A stretch of 64,000 nucleotides of DNA, from assembly GCA_965153285.1 (NCBI GenBank), contig OZ229113.1; one strand, 5' to 3'. The position numbers and the translations under genes are program-made. The notes under the pieces were generated by a model that saw only the letters and a program-made list of their open reading frames with translations, made no database searches and was not told the DNA's origin. The stretch is from Podarcis tiliguerta (Eukaryota). This document shows, one piece after another, positions 13,053-26,224 of the stretch (position 1 is its first letter; every line of letters starts with the position of its first letter).

Positions 13053-14787
13053 TTAGTATCAACGAAAGCAATGGAAATTGTTGAAAAGTGAGGGAAGATC
13101 AGGCATTTCTCTCCTTCTTCCAACCTGGCCACAGCAAAGGAGCAGGGTTTGGATGTAGCAGAACCACCACCATAGAACTCCTCCCCATCCCAATTCAGCA
13201 GATTAAATCTATGTGTCAGCCCACACATGAGGTTGAGATCTTGCCCAAATCTTATGAGATATGGCAGAGCACAGATCTTGGCAGAGTGTGCTGCCACTGC
13301 CATTGCTTTGAAAGCACCACCACACAACCCAGGTAAGAGAGGACTTGGTGGTGCAGCAATGCAGTGGTGCAGTAGTGAGGTGGCACGTTTCTGCTTTGCC
13401 TTAGGCAGCAAAACAGGACACACCACCCCTGCTGTTAATTAGGCATGATCAAGACAAGAGAGTGACTTTCAGTGAAAGAACCGTAAAGTCTCATGTGCCT
13501 TTTCTAATTGAAAACCAAGGAGCAAGAGCTCTATGTGTCAAACGACGTGAAGTAGCTCCACTAGGGAAGACAAAGCTTCTTGTGGATTCAGTTATTCTTG
13601 GCTCCGTAAATCATTTCCCCCCTTCATTTAAAGGGTGAAATTCTGACTCTATTGATGTTAATGGAAGCTATCCCATTGGGTAAAGTGTTGCCAACAGGTT
13701 GAAGCCAGATGCTCTTCAGCCCCTATGGAACTGTCAAGCAACAAGCAGCTGGTGCTTTAGGTATTCTTCTCATTGTTCCCAGTTATGGGACTGCGTCGTG
13801 ATTTAAAAATTTGATGGCAACAAGATATGCTTTGTGACTAAGTAACTATTCTTTAGCATATATTTCCCAGAGAACATCTTTGTCAGCTACAATTTGGCAG
13901 CTCGGTAAGGTTGCGCTCTGAATAATCAATGTAAAAAATAAAATATAGAATGATTTCTATTATTCAGGCACAGGGATGCCTGAATATGTAAAGTTCAACA
14001 ACTATTCCGTTTTCTTTTCCAGGGAGGTCACGGAAAGGAGCCCATTACTCTTACAGTTTTCGTAAGGAGGGACTGCTTCTCAGAAGCAAGTTCAGGCACC
14101 TTCCCTTACCCTCATAAAGGTGCCAGAGGTGGATCTGACTCAACCAACCCTTGCTAAAAGTCTCATTTTACCAAAATCTTCTCAATTCCTAGAAATTACT
14201 CCATGAGTGATCATAGTGAAGTGGAAATCTAATCCATCACATCCAATATCTCTGTCTCTCTTTGGATAGTTTCTGGGGAGAAAGGCATAGTTTGTGGGTT
14301 AAAGGTCAAAGCTACCAAGCAATGGCTTCCTGCTACAATGATTTTGATTGGCTGATTATTTCACAACAAAGCCAAAATGCCATGATATATAAAAATGAGA
14401 TGAGCAGGTTAGGGGAGGGGAGGGGAGAGAGCGCAGAACATACGATGCTTCGGCAGAAGTGGCTAAGATACAGATCAGTATGGAGTATTCATTCAAGTAC
14501 TGTTATGTTAAAGGGGTTTTAGGAATACACATTATTCATTTTCATTCATCACTGTATGTTGCAATGGAACAACAGTAAATGTGGATTAAGTAGTTTAGAA
14601 TGAAAAGCTCTAGCCCTGTGCACATGTCTTCCTTGATGCTTGTCATTGATTCCTGGAAATTTATGTTGCCAGCAACAGCACTCAAAATAAGGAGGATAGG
14701 TAATGTGGTCACAAGCCACAGTAATCAAGCACATTTTTCAGCAGCACATTTAAGGAATACATTTGCCCTCCTGATGTCTTGAAGAAG

Positions 14788-14910
14788 CACTTATTCCCAC
14801 AATACATAGTTAAACTATGGAACTTGTTCCCACAAGAGACCACCAACTTTGATGGCTAGAAGTGACAATTAGACAAATTAATGGAGGGTAAAATTATCAA
14901 TGGCTACCAG
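14788..14910 (+). mobile_element. CR1 LINE fragment
   Basis: CATAGTTAAACTATGGAAC...TTAGACAAATTAATGGAGG...ATCAATGGCTAC, similar to the CR1 at 52.8 kb. Confidence 0.6.
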
Positions 14911-16366
14911 TTAAAATAATGCCATTTGAAATAAAAGCATATTTACCCTTTTTTTCAAAAGTTTAAAAATCAACTTTAAAAATAATTTAAAAACCAGCTG
15001 GAAGTATTTCGAAGCATTTAGATCATCTAAAAGCATAGTAATACGGTATGTCTGCCTATCAGATATCCGTCAAACAATTAATTATGATGATTACAATTAT
15101 TTATGAGACACATTCTTGCACTCAGGTGTCTCAAAGTGACTTACACAATAAAAATAGAAATAACAAAAACAAAATCAGATATAAAAAATTCCTCTTAGAG
15201 GGGAAGGTTCCCCTTAGCCCACAGAAAAGTTTATTTGTTAAGTAATTGATAACAGCAATCTACATTTACAAAGGGATGCAGGGCAGGAGGAAGAATCTGT
15301 TGCTATCTTCTTATAGCTCACTCAGCTTTGTATCTTCAGCGATTATAAATGTTTAGGACTTTTCTAAGAGCAATGCCCCGTTCATTATTAATTTCACTTT
15401 TCCTTGAAGCGCATTTCATAGAGACTATAAACATAAAGACTATGTTGACACTGTCTTTGATTTGAACTGATCTGTCAATAGAGGTGTTGTTCCCACCGGG
15501 CATAAGTTTGCTTCCGACATTAACATTTTGTCTTCCTTCAAAAGGTTGGAACTAAGCTACATCATATAGCAGCACTGACCATAGAGACTGAAAAGTATTG
15601 ATTTATTGAGATGAGCAGACCTGTCTGATAGGCCATAAATACGACTGACTAGCTGGCTATAATTAACTACCTACAATTTCTCATTGCTAACTTTAAAAAA
15701 GAGAGGGAAAGAAGTATTGTGTGCTTAACTCATTGTAAGGAAGTAGCTCCCAATGTGGAAAAGGTCTAAAAATTATTTATGGCTTCTATTCTGCTTACAG
15801 GCACGTGTCTTGGGGAGGTTCCCTGGGATTTCTGGCAACATGGTTATAAATGTTGCACCAACAAAAAGCTGCTGTGATTTGAGATTGCATATATTGCATT
15901 TGGAAGTGAATACATTGTCAAAGGGAATAGTTCCTTGTCCAGGGATTCAGATCTACCTACTGAATTTAAAGGGTCACTCAAACCATGTTTCTCTGCCCTA
16001 GATCAGAAAAAGAGAAGCCGCCAGCAACCCACCTCCTAAGTTCCCAGAGCTTATCACACAGGGTGGACTGGCTGTATGATTGTAAGGGTTAAACCCCGTT
16101 TTAAGGTCTCTTCAGGGCAGGAGCTGGTGGAGCAGATCTCCACACTGCCAATGACTCTGAAGAGCCTTTAGATCTGGATATCCCTGCCTCCGGTATGGAA
16201 GCCATCATATTAGCTGCCTAAATTCCTGACTGGCTCTCATATCCTTTCACATTTCCCTGGGGGGCCAATCAAAAGGCAAGGGCTGTGTTTGGTTTGGTTT
16301 CAGTTGGCATCCATCTGGCTCGGGAGCCAATGGCAGAATGTGCCTTTGGGACTGAAGCCAAAGTTC

Positions 16367-16617
16367 CATGGGTAGGCAAACTAAGACCCAGGGGCCGGAT
16401 CCGGCCTGATCGCCTCCTAAATCCTGCCCGCGGATGGTCCAGGAATCAGCATGTTTTTACATGAGTAGAATGTGTCCTTTCATTTAAAATGCATCTCTGG
16501 ATTATTTGTGGGGCACAGGAATTCGTTCATTTTTCCCCTTCAAAATATAGTTTGACCCTCCACAAGGTCTGAGGGACAGTGGACTGGCCCCCTGCTGAAA
16601 AAGTTTGCTGACCACTG
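16367..16617. mobile_element. hAT-Charlie-type MITE (OposCharlie1/OC1-like right end)
   Basis: Termini CATGGGTAGGCAAACT / AGTTTGCTGACCACTG; subterminal GGTCTGAGGGACAGTGGACTGGCCCCCTG; AGCCAAA on both flanks (imperfect TSD). Confidence 0.8.
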
Positions 16618-16794
16618 AGCCAAACCATTGGAGAGTTTCAGTGCCTACTGTGACTGTAGAGATTGATACAGGAGAGATATGTTTTTTGCAGCTGGGGCAG
16701 ATGAAGGTGTCTGGTTGTGCCAATGCAGGTGCACCATGGCATTTCTTCTCTCTGCTCTCATCCCAGCAATCATTCATCCTCCGGTCACTGCTGT

Positions 16795-16958
16795 GAGAGC
16801 CAGTGTGGTGTAGTGGTTAAGAGCAGTGGACTCGTAATCTGGTGAACCGGGTTCGATTCCCCGCTCCTCCACATGCAGCTGCTGGGTGACCTTGGGCCAG
16901 TCACACTTCTTTGAAGTCTCTCAGCCCCACTCACCTCACAGAGTGTTTGTTGTGGGGG
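16795..16958 (+). mobile_element. tRNA-derived SINE of POM/Squam3 type, 3'-truncated
   Basis: A box TGGTGTAGTGG, B box GGTTCGATTCC, MIR/CORE-like GCTGGGTGACCTTGGGCCAGTCAC; no tail. Confidence 0.9.
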
Positions 16959-19900
16959 CCTCCATGTGACATTTGCAGACTTCTTTGTAATGCAGAGTTG
17001 GTCTGCCAATGGGCCTGGTGCCTGAAACCAGCTTCCCACAGAGCACGTCCTTAGGGATGCTGCCATCTTCCATTCTGCAGACATGACGAAGCTGGCATAG
17101 ACATCGCTGAGACAGGAGTGTGAACATTCTGGGAATGTGGGCTTAGTTGCCATCATTTAAATCACTTCAAAGCCAAATAGTGTGGTCCAGTCAACTGACT
17201 GTAAACTAAGTGTCCAAGAGGCTGGTTTCTAAGCATGACCCATAAATCCGTGGCAATTGTACAGACAATTTATGTGCATGGCAGGCTTCACTTTTTGAAT
17301 ATATATTCAGCATGGGCACATACACATGCTGTCAGTCTGCTGTTCCAGACTACTTTAGGTTGCCAGGACTGGCAAAAGCAGTAGCATAGTGTTGAGACCT
17401 TTTAAATACCAATTGGACAAAATTAAACTAATCACTCTATTGTGGCTTTGTGGAAAGTTCTGTTGTTGTTATTATTACAACTATTAGCTTGCAGTTGCTG
17501 AAATATTATGTGCAATAAAAAATAATAACATTTTTAAATAATAACAAAATACAATCTGTTTCAGTCTGGACTGCTTTCTAGTTCTGCAAATGAACCTGGG
17601 TAGCCATCTACATTCGATTTCAATGTAAAATACTCCAAATAGTTTTCATTCGATGTTCTGTCCTATTCTGTTTTTTCTCCTATGTTGGATGTCAAGGAGA
17701 CTATCAGCTGTCCTCCTCTCCTGCTGGTAAATGCAAGCTGTTTTGGATGGCGGTGCTGGAACACTGCAGCAGACAAGTGGGAATTATGTAAAAGCATTTT
17801 CTTCCCTTTTCGGCTAGGAGTTTTATCAAAACTCTCCATCACATGGGAAGACAAAGATTGCAAAGCTAATTGAGATTTGGATATTTAGAGCTAGCTTCTG
17901 CTGCTTCCCTTATAAATATATAATAAATGAAATGAATATTTAAGAAGTGGCCATTCCTTTTACAGTATGAGCCTTCTTTCTGAACCTCACATTTCATCCT
18001 GTAAATCATCTTAAAATGCAAAGCCACTTTGACTGCCCCCCCCTTTAAAAATTTGTACATTATGGGATCTGAAGGATAGTGCCTGTACATATGCAAAATA
18101 GTCCACTTCGAAATGTAGAACCATTGTTCAAAATGTACAAAACAGTATATTAAACAGGGCACTTTTCCATTTGGAATGCTTTATTTCAAAGAAAGCAATA
18201 ATGCTTTAATTTAATATGTTGAAATGCAATAGTACGTAGAGTCTTTGTAAATTAGAAATGTGAAATTCTTCAATGCCCTATGACACATGCATTATGTAGT
18301 ATGGCACTTTTTCTTTTTGTATTTGCAAACTATCTGATTTCTATTTATTTATTTGTTAAAAGGGGGGGTCAACGGCTCGTGTATGTATAATAATAAAAAC
18401 CATATCGATTCCATGCAGTAGGGTCTGGTGGGTTGCTCCAGGCATCATCGGGGAGAGGGGGGATTGTAGAAGGCAGACTTTTTTTTTTCCTAAATAGTAC
18501 AGCACGGCTTTAAATTTTGTTGGCCCTTACAGACATTATTGCACCAGCATTGTAGTAATTATCAGTTTAGAAACTTTATTCTTTTAAATACATTTTGGTA
18601 AGTAGTCCCCTACTTACCAGCATTCTAAAATAGGCCCAAGAGTTTGTTAAATCAGTAAAACCAGTCTCCTTAAGTAATTGTTAGCTCTAGAATTAAGCTA
18701 TCATGATGGGTACACCCATATGTACACTTCCAAATGTTGAATGAATGCACAACGACACAGGCTCTGTGGGTTAGATGTACCTGGTATTCACCATTGCTTG
18801 AATACCACTATCACAGTACACTGGCAGCATGCACCCCCAACAAATGTCCATTTGATGTCTGCCGGAAAGAGTTCTCTGCACATAAAGTTATACACATTGA
18901 AGTTTCTCTGGAAAGGTCTCTCTTTGCAAGCACAATCTCTCCATAGGTACATCTGCACACATGGGAATCTTTTTTCAATGAACATCAAACAGACATTCCT
19001 TGCGCTAACCTGGAAGCAGTGTGTGGTGATAGCAGGGCTAGCTTCTGTGGCCCTCTCTGTCTATTGGAGAGGGTTGTGTGTCCCCCTCTTTGTAGGCCAG
19101 CTCTCCATTTAAGGCAGGTTGTTCTCTTGCAAAGATTTCAGTCAAAGATCATCCCTGGCCCCTTGAGCTCTGAAGAGTGAGGACCTTTTGAATGCAAAGC
19201 ATGTGCTGAACCACTGACCTATAACCGCTTCCTGTGCATCGCCAATCTCATGAAATCTTGCCTGATATATGTGGCAACTGTGCAATATTCATTTTGGGTG
19301 CCAAGCCATGGCTGCATAGCCCTAGCTTTAATGGCTGCTTGAAGGTTCAACAATGACTGTATCAGTAGCAATGAATTTGGTGTGCACTGTATTTCAGATT
19401 AAGAAAAATGCAACTTTTGCTGCAGGTTACACAGCTCACGACAAATAGGTGCAATTTAGAAGTTTGGGCGGGTGGAGATCCTCCTCCAAAGATTAGTTTT
19501 ATAATATACTGTTCCTATTTCTCCTTCTTTTCCTTATTTTTTCCTGCAGCTCTGATATCTTCTCCTAATAACCAATCTTAAACCTCCCATTTTATTTTCC
19601 TTACACCATACACAAAGCCCCCATGGGAGCCCGTTTCTTGGTGCAATCTGTTTCTCAGCGTTCAGATCATGCTCCTCTTCTGTTTCTTTCTCTTTCTGTA
19701 CAATAGTGAAAAATGTGTTTGTATCAGTTTTATCAATTCCCTTCAGAACCAAAAAAACCTTTAATTACAGTATTGATTCCAAGTGGTGCAATATGGCAGG
19801 TAATTTCCTACAGAGTTCCAGGTCAGCTCTCTGATGGAAACAATTGTATTCAGAAGCAATAACTTCCACATTATCCCAGCAATAAGATCATCTTAGCTCA

Positions 19901-21667
19901 TGATAATTCAAGGGTTGACAGGTGTCACAAGGAGTGATGGGTGAACCATAAAATTCATAGATTAAAATTTAAAAAAAAGTTTTGAGGATCATCTGAACTT
20001 CTTTGATCTTGGCTAGTCTGAAGAATGCCTTGTCTTGTGATTTATTGAGATTCTTCAAATAGACAGCTTGTCTCACTTCATGGAAAATATTATGGAGTCC
20101 GACCGCTTTTAATCATGCAGTGTCTTGAATTACACGAGTTTTTAGCATTTTCCAAAAGAGTGTGAATAAACGCCACAACAGGAACTGTTGCACGTTCCTC
20201 AGGGGGACAATGAAAGACAGTTCTAGAGCAGGAATCACCAGCTGGTCCTTTCCTTTCCACATCTATCTACTCTTCTTCTCTTGTGAGCTTTTGGGAATGC
20301 TTTTCTAACTCCATACCTTTTCCTATGTGATTTAAATTAAATGAAGAACAGCATATGTAAAAATTAGATTAAGACACCACAATATAGTCATTAAAGTCCC
20401 AGGGGCGCAGCCTGGGGACCACATTCCATCTTAGGCAGCTTTCTGGGCACACTGGTTCTCAATATGTGAAGCTACCCTAAGAGCACTGATTTCTTTGTAA
20501 ATTTGCCACACATATTTATTTCCGTGAGAATGATAGTGTCTCCTTGCTTTATGAGAACAGAAGCCAAAGGGCCTTTTAAAATATCTTTTGTGTTTGTGAA
20601 ATGATTAAAAAAAAAAATTAGTTTGCCAAACAGTTCTGAAAAGCTATCAATTCCCTGTGATTTCTTAACTGCCGTGGTTAATTACCATTTACTTGCTCAC
20701 ATATGTTATCAGAGCAGTGCCAGGACATTTACTAGGGAACCTCCCATTGATAGCACTGGTGACCACTTGGCTATGTCCCTTGATGTAATATACACCACCG
20801 AGGAATGTTTTCTGTTTCTCTGCCAAGCTCAGCCTATCAGTAGTGGGAAACGTTGCCATAGCTAACCTACGAGTTTTTCTTTCCCTTCAGATAGAGAAAT
20901 GCAAAGCCAGCATAGAAATACACTGCAGGGATTGGCACAGCATAGGCCACATCTCCCACGGCTAATAGAGAATTTGCCCAGCAAAGGCCAGAAATCATAA
21001 CATGTATTCAATATACAGTTCTGGCATGTACACAAGCTTGCATATATTTCCAAAGCAATCTGACGATTTAAGCAGTTAAGTTCAGAGAAACCGAGGAAAC
21101 AAATAATAGAATGATAGAAAGTCAAAAGTCTTTGTCTGGTTTTTCTAGAAAGCAACTGCCATTTCCTACATATGTGAATGATTTCTCAATGAAAGAATTA
21201 TATCACTGTGATATACTCTGCTGTTCTGAAACCGTGTCAACGATCTCCTTGAATGTTGAGATGGTAGCCATCTCTGTTACTCCATTTATTTGAAACAGGG
21301 CTTTTCCCAGCACAACACCTCAGATTAATTATGAATCATAAAAATAAATTTTATTTTTATCAGATAGTAGCACAAAGATTGTGTAGCACTCAGACAGAAT
21401 GCAGAAATTTGTACTCATTGCTAATTATCTCCAAATGACTACAGATTAGACATAACACGACAGGTAGAAAGATGTGTTTTCCTGTTAATCAGCTCCACCG
21501 TCTGATCGCATTCATCACTTCCTGCAAAGCAGGCTGTTTAAAGAAAATTGTAGTGATGCAACAGGAACCTCTTTACACCTTCAATAAGACAAACTCAGTA
21601 ATTATTCCCTATGTGGGGAATTTCTTGTTCCTGGTTAGTCTACACAATTCTGACCTGGATAAATCAT

Positions 21668-21967
21668 AAAGGTAAAGGGACCCCTGACCATTAGGTCCAG
21701 TCATGACTGACTCTGTGGTTGTGTGCTCATCTTGTGGCCAGCATGACTAAGCCACTTCTGGAGAACCAGAGCAGCACACAGAAACGCCGTTTACCTTCCC
21801 GCTGGAGCGGTCCCTATTTATCTACTTGCACTTTGACGTGCTTTCAAACTGCTAGGTTGGCAGGAGCAGGGACTGAGCAACGGGAGCTCTCCCCGTCACG
21901 GGGATTCGAACCGCCGACCTTCTGATCGGCAAGTCCTAGGCTCTGTGGTTTAACCCACCCGCGTCCC
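21668..21967 (-). mobile_element. Sauria (Squam1) SINE with internal deletions
   Basis: Reverse-strand GGGACGCGGGTGG head, B box, GTGCAAGTAGATAAATAGG core and ACCTTT tail; degenerate TSD GGATAAATCATA/GGATATATCTTA. Confidence 0.93.
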
Positions 21968-22329
21968 GGATATATCTTACCAATGCAGTAAAACATGGGC
22001 TATCTTTTAAGTGGTGTGATTAAAGTAATGTGGGGCAATTTTAGCATACACACATGCCACACTAAGCAAAATCATGGTAGGTCTTGGATTTGGGTTCTGC
22101 TTCTTGTCCTTATAATCCAACAACCATATTGACCAACCGGATGCCTTTGGGAAGGCCACAAATTGGCTAGGACTTCAATAGCTTTCTCCCATTGTTGCTT
22201 CCCAGCAAATGTGCTTTCTGGATGCATCTAATTTCACCAAGGCTACATGGAGAGATCCATATTTGAGCAATAATTGTAACCTGTTTCTCCTAAGCATATT
22301 TGCTATACTTTTGTTGTCACTTGTAATTG

Positions 22330-22518
22330 GAAACATAGGAAGCTCCCTTTCACTGATTAAAACCATTGGTCCACCCTGCTCAGTATTGCCTGATTCACAG
22401 TGATTATCCAGAGTTTCAAGCAAGAGTCTCTCCCAGCTCTAGCTGGAGAGACCAGGGATTGAAACTGGGATCTTCTGCATGCAAAGCAGATGCTTGGCCA
22501 CTGAGATGAGACTCTTCC
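22330..22518 (-). mobile_element. Old tRNA-derived SINE with CR1-like tail
   Basis: Reverse tRNA-like head (CTCAGTGG..AGCATCTGCTTTGCATGCAGAAG.TCCCAG.TTCAATCCC) and CTTCCTATGTTTCC tail; homologous to 28580-28777. Confidence 0.7.
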
Positions 22519-22569
22519 TCATCTATGACATTATGTGTGTGTTTTTGGGGGGACGGAGAAATTAATGAA

Positions 22570-23116
22570 TGTCAGTCAGAATCTAGTATTTGAAGGAAAG
22601 ATTGCAGGCAAGTGGAAAAATACAGGCTAAGCTTCCTTCCAAGCCAGTGCCTCATTTGGGACAGAGGAGTTAACATGACAAAAGGGGTTGATGGCCCATC
22701 TAAGAGGAATCCTTGAGGCTGGGCAAACAGAAGTTGCCATGGTGGTGTCTGGGTGTGTTTGAGGTGACAAGAAAAGAGTGTCATTAGCAAGGTGTGCTGG
22801 GAAGAGGAAGGGAGAGAACAAAGACTAAGATCCATATTGGGCAGGCTGGCTGAAGGCTGGCTGCATGAGTTGCCTTTGACTCCAGTGTTGCAGTGCTGTG
22901 GGAAACAAGCCCTGCTTAAGATAACCATGCCATAAGATCTGGACTCCCTCTATCTAAACTCAGGTGTAAATATGTGAATAAATAATATTTCTAAAGCTAC
23001 GACAGTCTCCACCGTGTCTTCAATTCTCTAAAGGAGCACAAATCCTGGGTGAGCACCTGGAACCCCCTGGAAACTTGGTACTGCACAGCTGGGAGTGGCA
23101 CCCAGCTTTTGTAACA
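22570..23116 (+). mobile_element. Possible solo LTR (diverged)
   Basis: TGTCA...TAACA ends; AATAAA ~140 bp before the 3' end; LTR-like composition; no matching TSD. Confidence 0.45.
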
Positions 23117-24210
23117 ATATGTATAACAAGCTTTCTTGAAAAGTGGTATATCTTACTACTGAGGACCAGATTTCAGATATGTTATATTCATTCCCTCTGG
23201 AGCAGAAGTAGCAGTATAGCAGAGAGGCGTTTTTCAATTCCCTTTTCCTGATATGTTTGCCCTTCTTCAAATGCACCCTGCTCTGTCACCCTAAACAGCA
23301 AATGGAATCTGTTCCTCAGGGAGTATATCTGCATGCGCGTGGGGGAAAGAGGGTGCACAAATACATGTGCCTGGTGCAGACCTCACTCGATTTCATGTAT
23401 TTTATACTCCTTTCTCTTCTAAAGGTCACAAAAAAACTTGTGTAACCAAAGCTGGATGCCTCCTCACTACCGAACCATGAAATTGTTTATGACAGTACCA
23501 TACAGAAATGTATGTCAAAAATATATATGGGTAGTTTATCCAATGAATTCTGACTGACTGCAGGTATTTTGATTAATCGAGGATTCTTAAATCACATGAC
23601 ACTTCAGGAGGAAAGGGATTTTCTGGCAATCTCTTTGCTTTGTTAAAAAGATATCCACAATATCTTTTTCTTTGTTTTAAAATATTTAAGACAGAGCTTT
23701 TTGAAAACTTGCCTTTCTGCATCAGGCCAAGTACCCAGGGTATGATACAATGCATGATCCTCTCATCATCTGCACTCCCCCTTCCATTTCTAATAAACAC
23801 AGCAATTATTAGAAACCTTTCATTGAACATGGAGTCTCTATTGTAGTTATTCTGGTTAATATTCACTAGCAGTTATCTTCCATAGATTAGACTAATCTGG
23901 GAGCAGTTTTGTTCCTCAAAAGAGCATAACAACAGAAGCACAAGTGCTTTTGCACACTCTTGGTGAGTTCCAGTCTGTGTGTGATGCAGAGTTAACCCAA
24001 GTTCTTTTCCCACTCCTTTCTCTCCTAAAGTTCAGACAAAAAGCTTATGCAACTAAAGGTATAGTGAGATTGAGTTTTGAAAGGTTGTCCTTCAACAGAA
24101 AGTCATCAGTCTCACTACTAGGGAAAAGTACAAGTCACTGCTTGAACATTGCAGGGATAGTTCAAAATTCATTATGTTGACTCTTCCATGTATTCAAGGT
24201 CACCCTAAAC

Positions 24211-24346
24211 CAGCCTTTCCCAAACTTGGGTCTCCAGCTGTTTTTGGATTATAGTTCTCATCATCACTGACCACTGGTCCTGCTAGCTAGGGATGATGGG
24301 AGTTGTAGTCCAGCAGCAGCTGGAGACCCAAGTTTGGGAAACCTTG
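24211..24346. mobile_element. hAT-Charlie-type hairpin MITE (136 bp)
   Basis: Long inverted arms (TTTCCCAAACTTGGGTCTCCAGCTG / CAGCTGGAGACCCAAGTTTGGGAAA); perfect 8-bp TSD CCCTAAAC (24203-24210, 24347-24354). Confidence 0.93.
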
Positions 24347-24895
24347 CCCTAAACTAATGGCCATAACTTTGCATCATTCATAATGCTATAAACCACTTTC
24401 ATTTAAAAAGTATATATAAAAACAAAAACAAAAAAACAAAAATGCTCACCCATCTTAAGTTGTTCTTCAACATCTAACCACTAACTTCCATTAGCTGGTT
24501 CTTTTTTTAACCTTATCCAGTTCCAATGATAGCTTCCTTAAGATCAAATTAGTTCACAGTAGTCTAACTGTGGTCCCATCATAGATTGGCTTATTCCTGC
24601 TTTATGTTTTTCAAATGATCTGGAAAACGTTTAGATTTATCTGTAAAAATAAGTAAATGAAACTAATTCAAAAGTGAAAACAGGTTGTTCACACTGAGGA
24701 AACTGAAGACAAGTGCTGTATTAGTGTCCTAGAACATTTCGTGTCAACAGGGGACTCACTAACAGGTGGGCTGCTGCTGCAGCACTTCCACCCTAGAAAT
24801 GTATGACCAAAGATAGAGAGAGAGAGAGAGAGAAGTGAGTCCCCAAATGCATGTTTGGGCTGAGAGTGAATCCTGAGTATCAAAAAGTTGAAAGC

Positions 24896-25025
24896 AGAGC
24901 ATGAGACTCTTAATCTCAGGATTGTCAGTGCAAGCCCCATGTTGGGCAAAAGGTTCCTGCATTGCAGGGGTTGGACTAGAGGACGCTTGTGCTCCCTTCC
25001 AACTCCACAAGTCTATGATTCTATG
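24896..25025 (+). mobile_element. Short tRNA(Lys)-like SINE with CR1-type tail
   Basis: AGAGCATGAGACTCTTAATCTCAGG head, followed by GGGGTTGGACTAGA...CCCTTCCAACTC...ATTCTATG CR1 terminus. Confidence 0.75.
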
Positions 25026-26009
25026 AAACCTATTCTTCTAAAATATCCATATTTTACCATTGTCTTCATATCAAAATATGCATTCTACAATACTGGTAAC
25101 CTAGTTTCAGTGCTGCTTATTTTAAACAGACAAGACACAATACAGCAAAGTTTAAGTTGCTGTGACCAAGCATTCTACTTCATTGGTTTCCACAACATTT
25201 AGTTGTTACTAATGTTTACTAGATGATATCCATAGGGCTTAGACAGTTTTATACACATTAGTGGCTTTTCCGTAAGAGACCATTTAATTATTTAGGAACT
25301 ATTCCCTTTTCCTTAAGACTCAGGAAAGAGAATGCACAATTGTGTGGTTGAAGTTAAAAAAGGAGTGATTTTAAAAATATTTACCCTCTCAGCTTACGCC
25401 AAAATCACCGCACTGGAAAAACATGACTGTGATTACAGCCCTAATGGATTATTTTGATTGCTTATTTGAGAAAGCTCCCTGTTTCAAATGAAATCCCCTG
25501 AAACTGTTTAGATGTTGATTGAAACCTCTCCAGTGGATGTATGGTAATCCTTGTTCTTTATTGTCCTCATCAGTTTCTAATGGCGCAGTGTTTACAAGAT
25601 TTAGCTCCAATCCTTTGCAACATCTCTCAGCTAAATGTCTCTCCTTCTCTTCTTTTCTTGACTCACTTTTCCTGCTGCCACATGTTTCAAGTGGGTCTTC
25701 CAAGGATTGAGTTTTCAAAGGAAAAGCCATCCCGCTGAAACTTCATTGTCTCAGAACATATGCTCAGACATTTCCAGGCGCTATCAAAATGAACAAGAAG
25801 CTTCTTCCTAAAAGAAGCTCTGCTCCCCAGACTGATCAAAGAGAGATGTTCATCGGATAGAAACAAATATTGATAAGCCTAATGTGGCCTTGAAATACCT
25901 CCTGAAATTCCAACCACTCTTCAACATCTATAAAGAGTGGTCTTTTAAACTAATGTACCTGAAACCTTGGTCAGGCTCCTATTCACTTTTAATATAGTAA
26001 TGTATATAT

Positions 26010-26224
26010 TTCTTGCATTTATATTCCACCTTTTCTCCAAGAAGCTCAAGATGACATGCAGGATTTTCTCCACCTCCCCGTTTAATCCCCCAAACAACCT
26101 TGTGAGGTAGGTTAGGCTGCAAGGCAGTAACTGGTCCAAGGCCACCCACTAAGTTTCATGGCCAAGTGGGGATTTGAACCGTGGCTCCCAGGTCCTAGTC
26201 TGACACTCTAACCACTATGCCACA
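26010..26224 (-). mobile_element. Squam3/MIR-related SINE
   Basis: Reverse A box (TGGCATAGTGG), B box (GGTTCAAATCC), CORE-like body and L2-like tail. Confidence 0.85.

Larger units (their letters stand above)
16287..17150 (-). mobile_element. RTE-clade LINE (non-BovB) 3' portion, interrupted by a MITE and a SINE
   Basis: Translates to MFTLLSQRCLCQLRHVCRMEDGSIPKDVLCGKLVSGTRPIGRPTLHYKEVCK (RTE post-RT motif) and FICPSC (C-terminal zinc finger); (CCAAA)n-like tail at 16287-16300. Confidence 0.85.

Noticed and set aside
16795-16870. tRNA gene
   Set aside because: A/B boxes run directly into a SINE body with no acceptor stem or terminator; the same applies at 24896, 26160-26224 and 40673.
19550-19799. 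Plus-strand exon (long pyrimidine tract CTGCAG ... CAG|GTAATT)
   Set aside because: No recognisable coding content or partner exon; such site pairs are common in intronic DNA.
20852-20866. RFX X-box-like GTTGCCATAGCTAAC (similar motif at ~44778)
   Set aside because: Isolated, imperfect motifs with no supporting promoter context.
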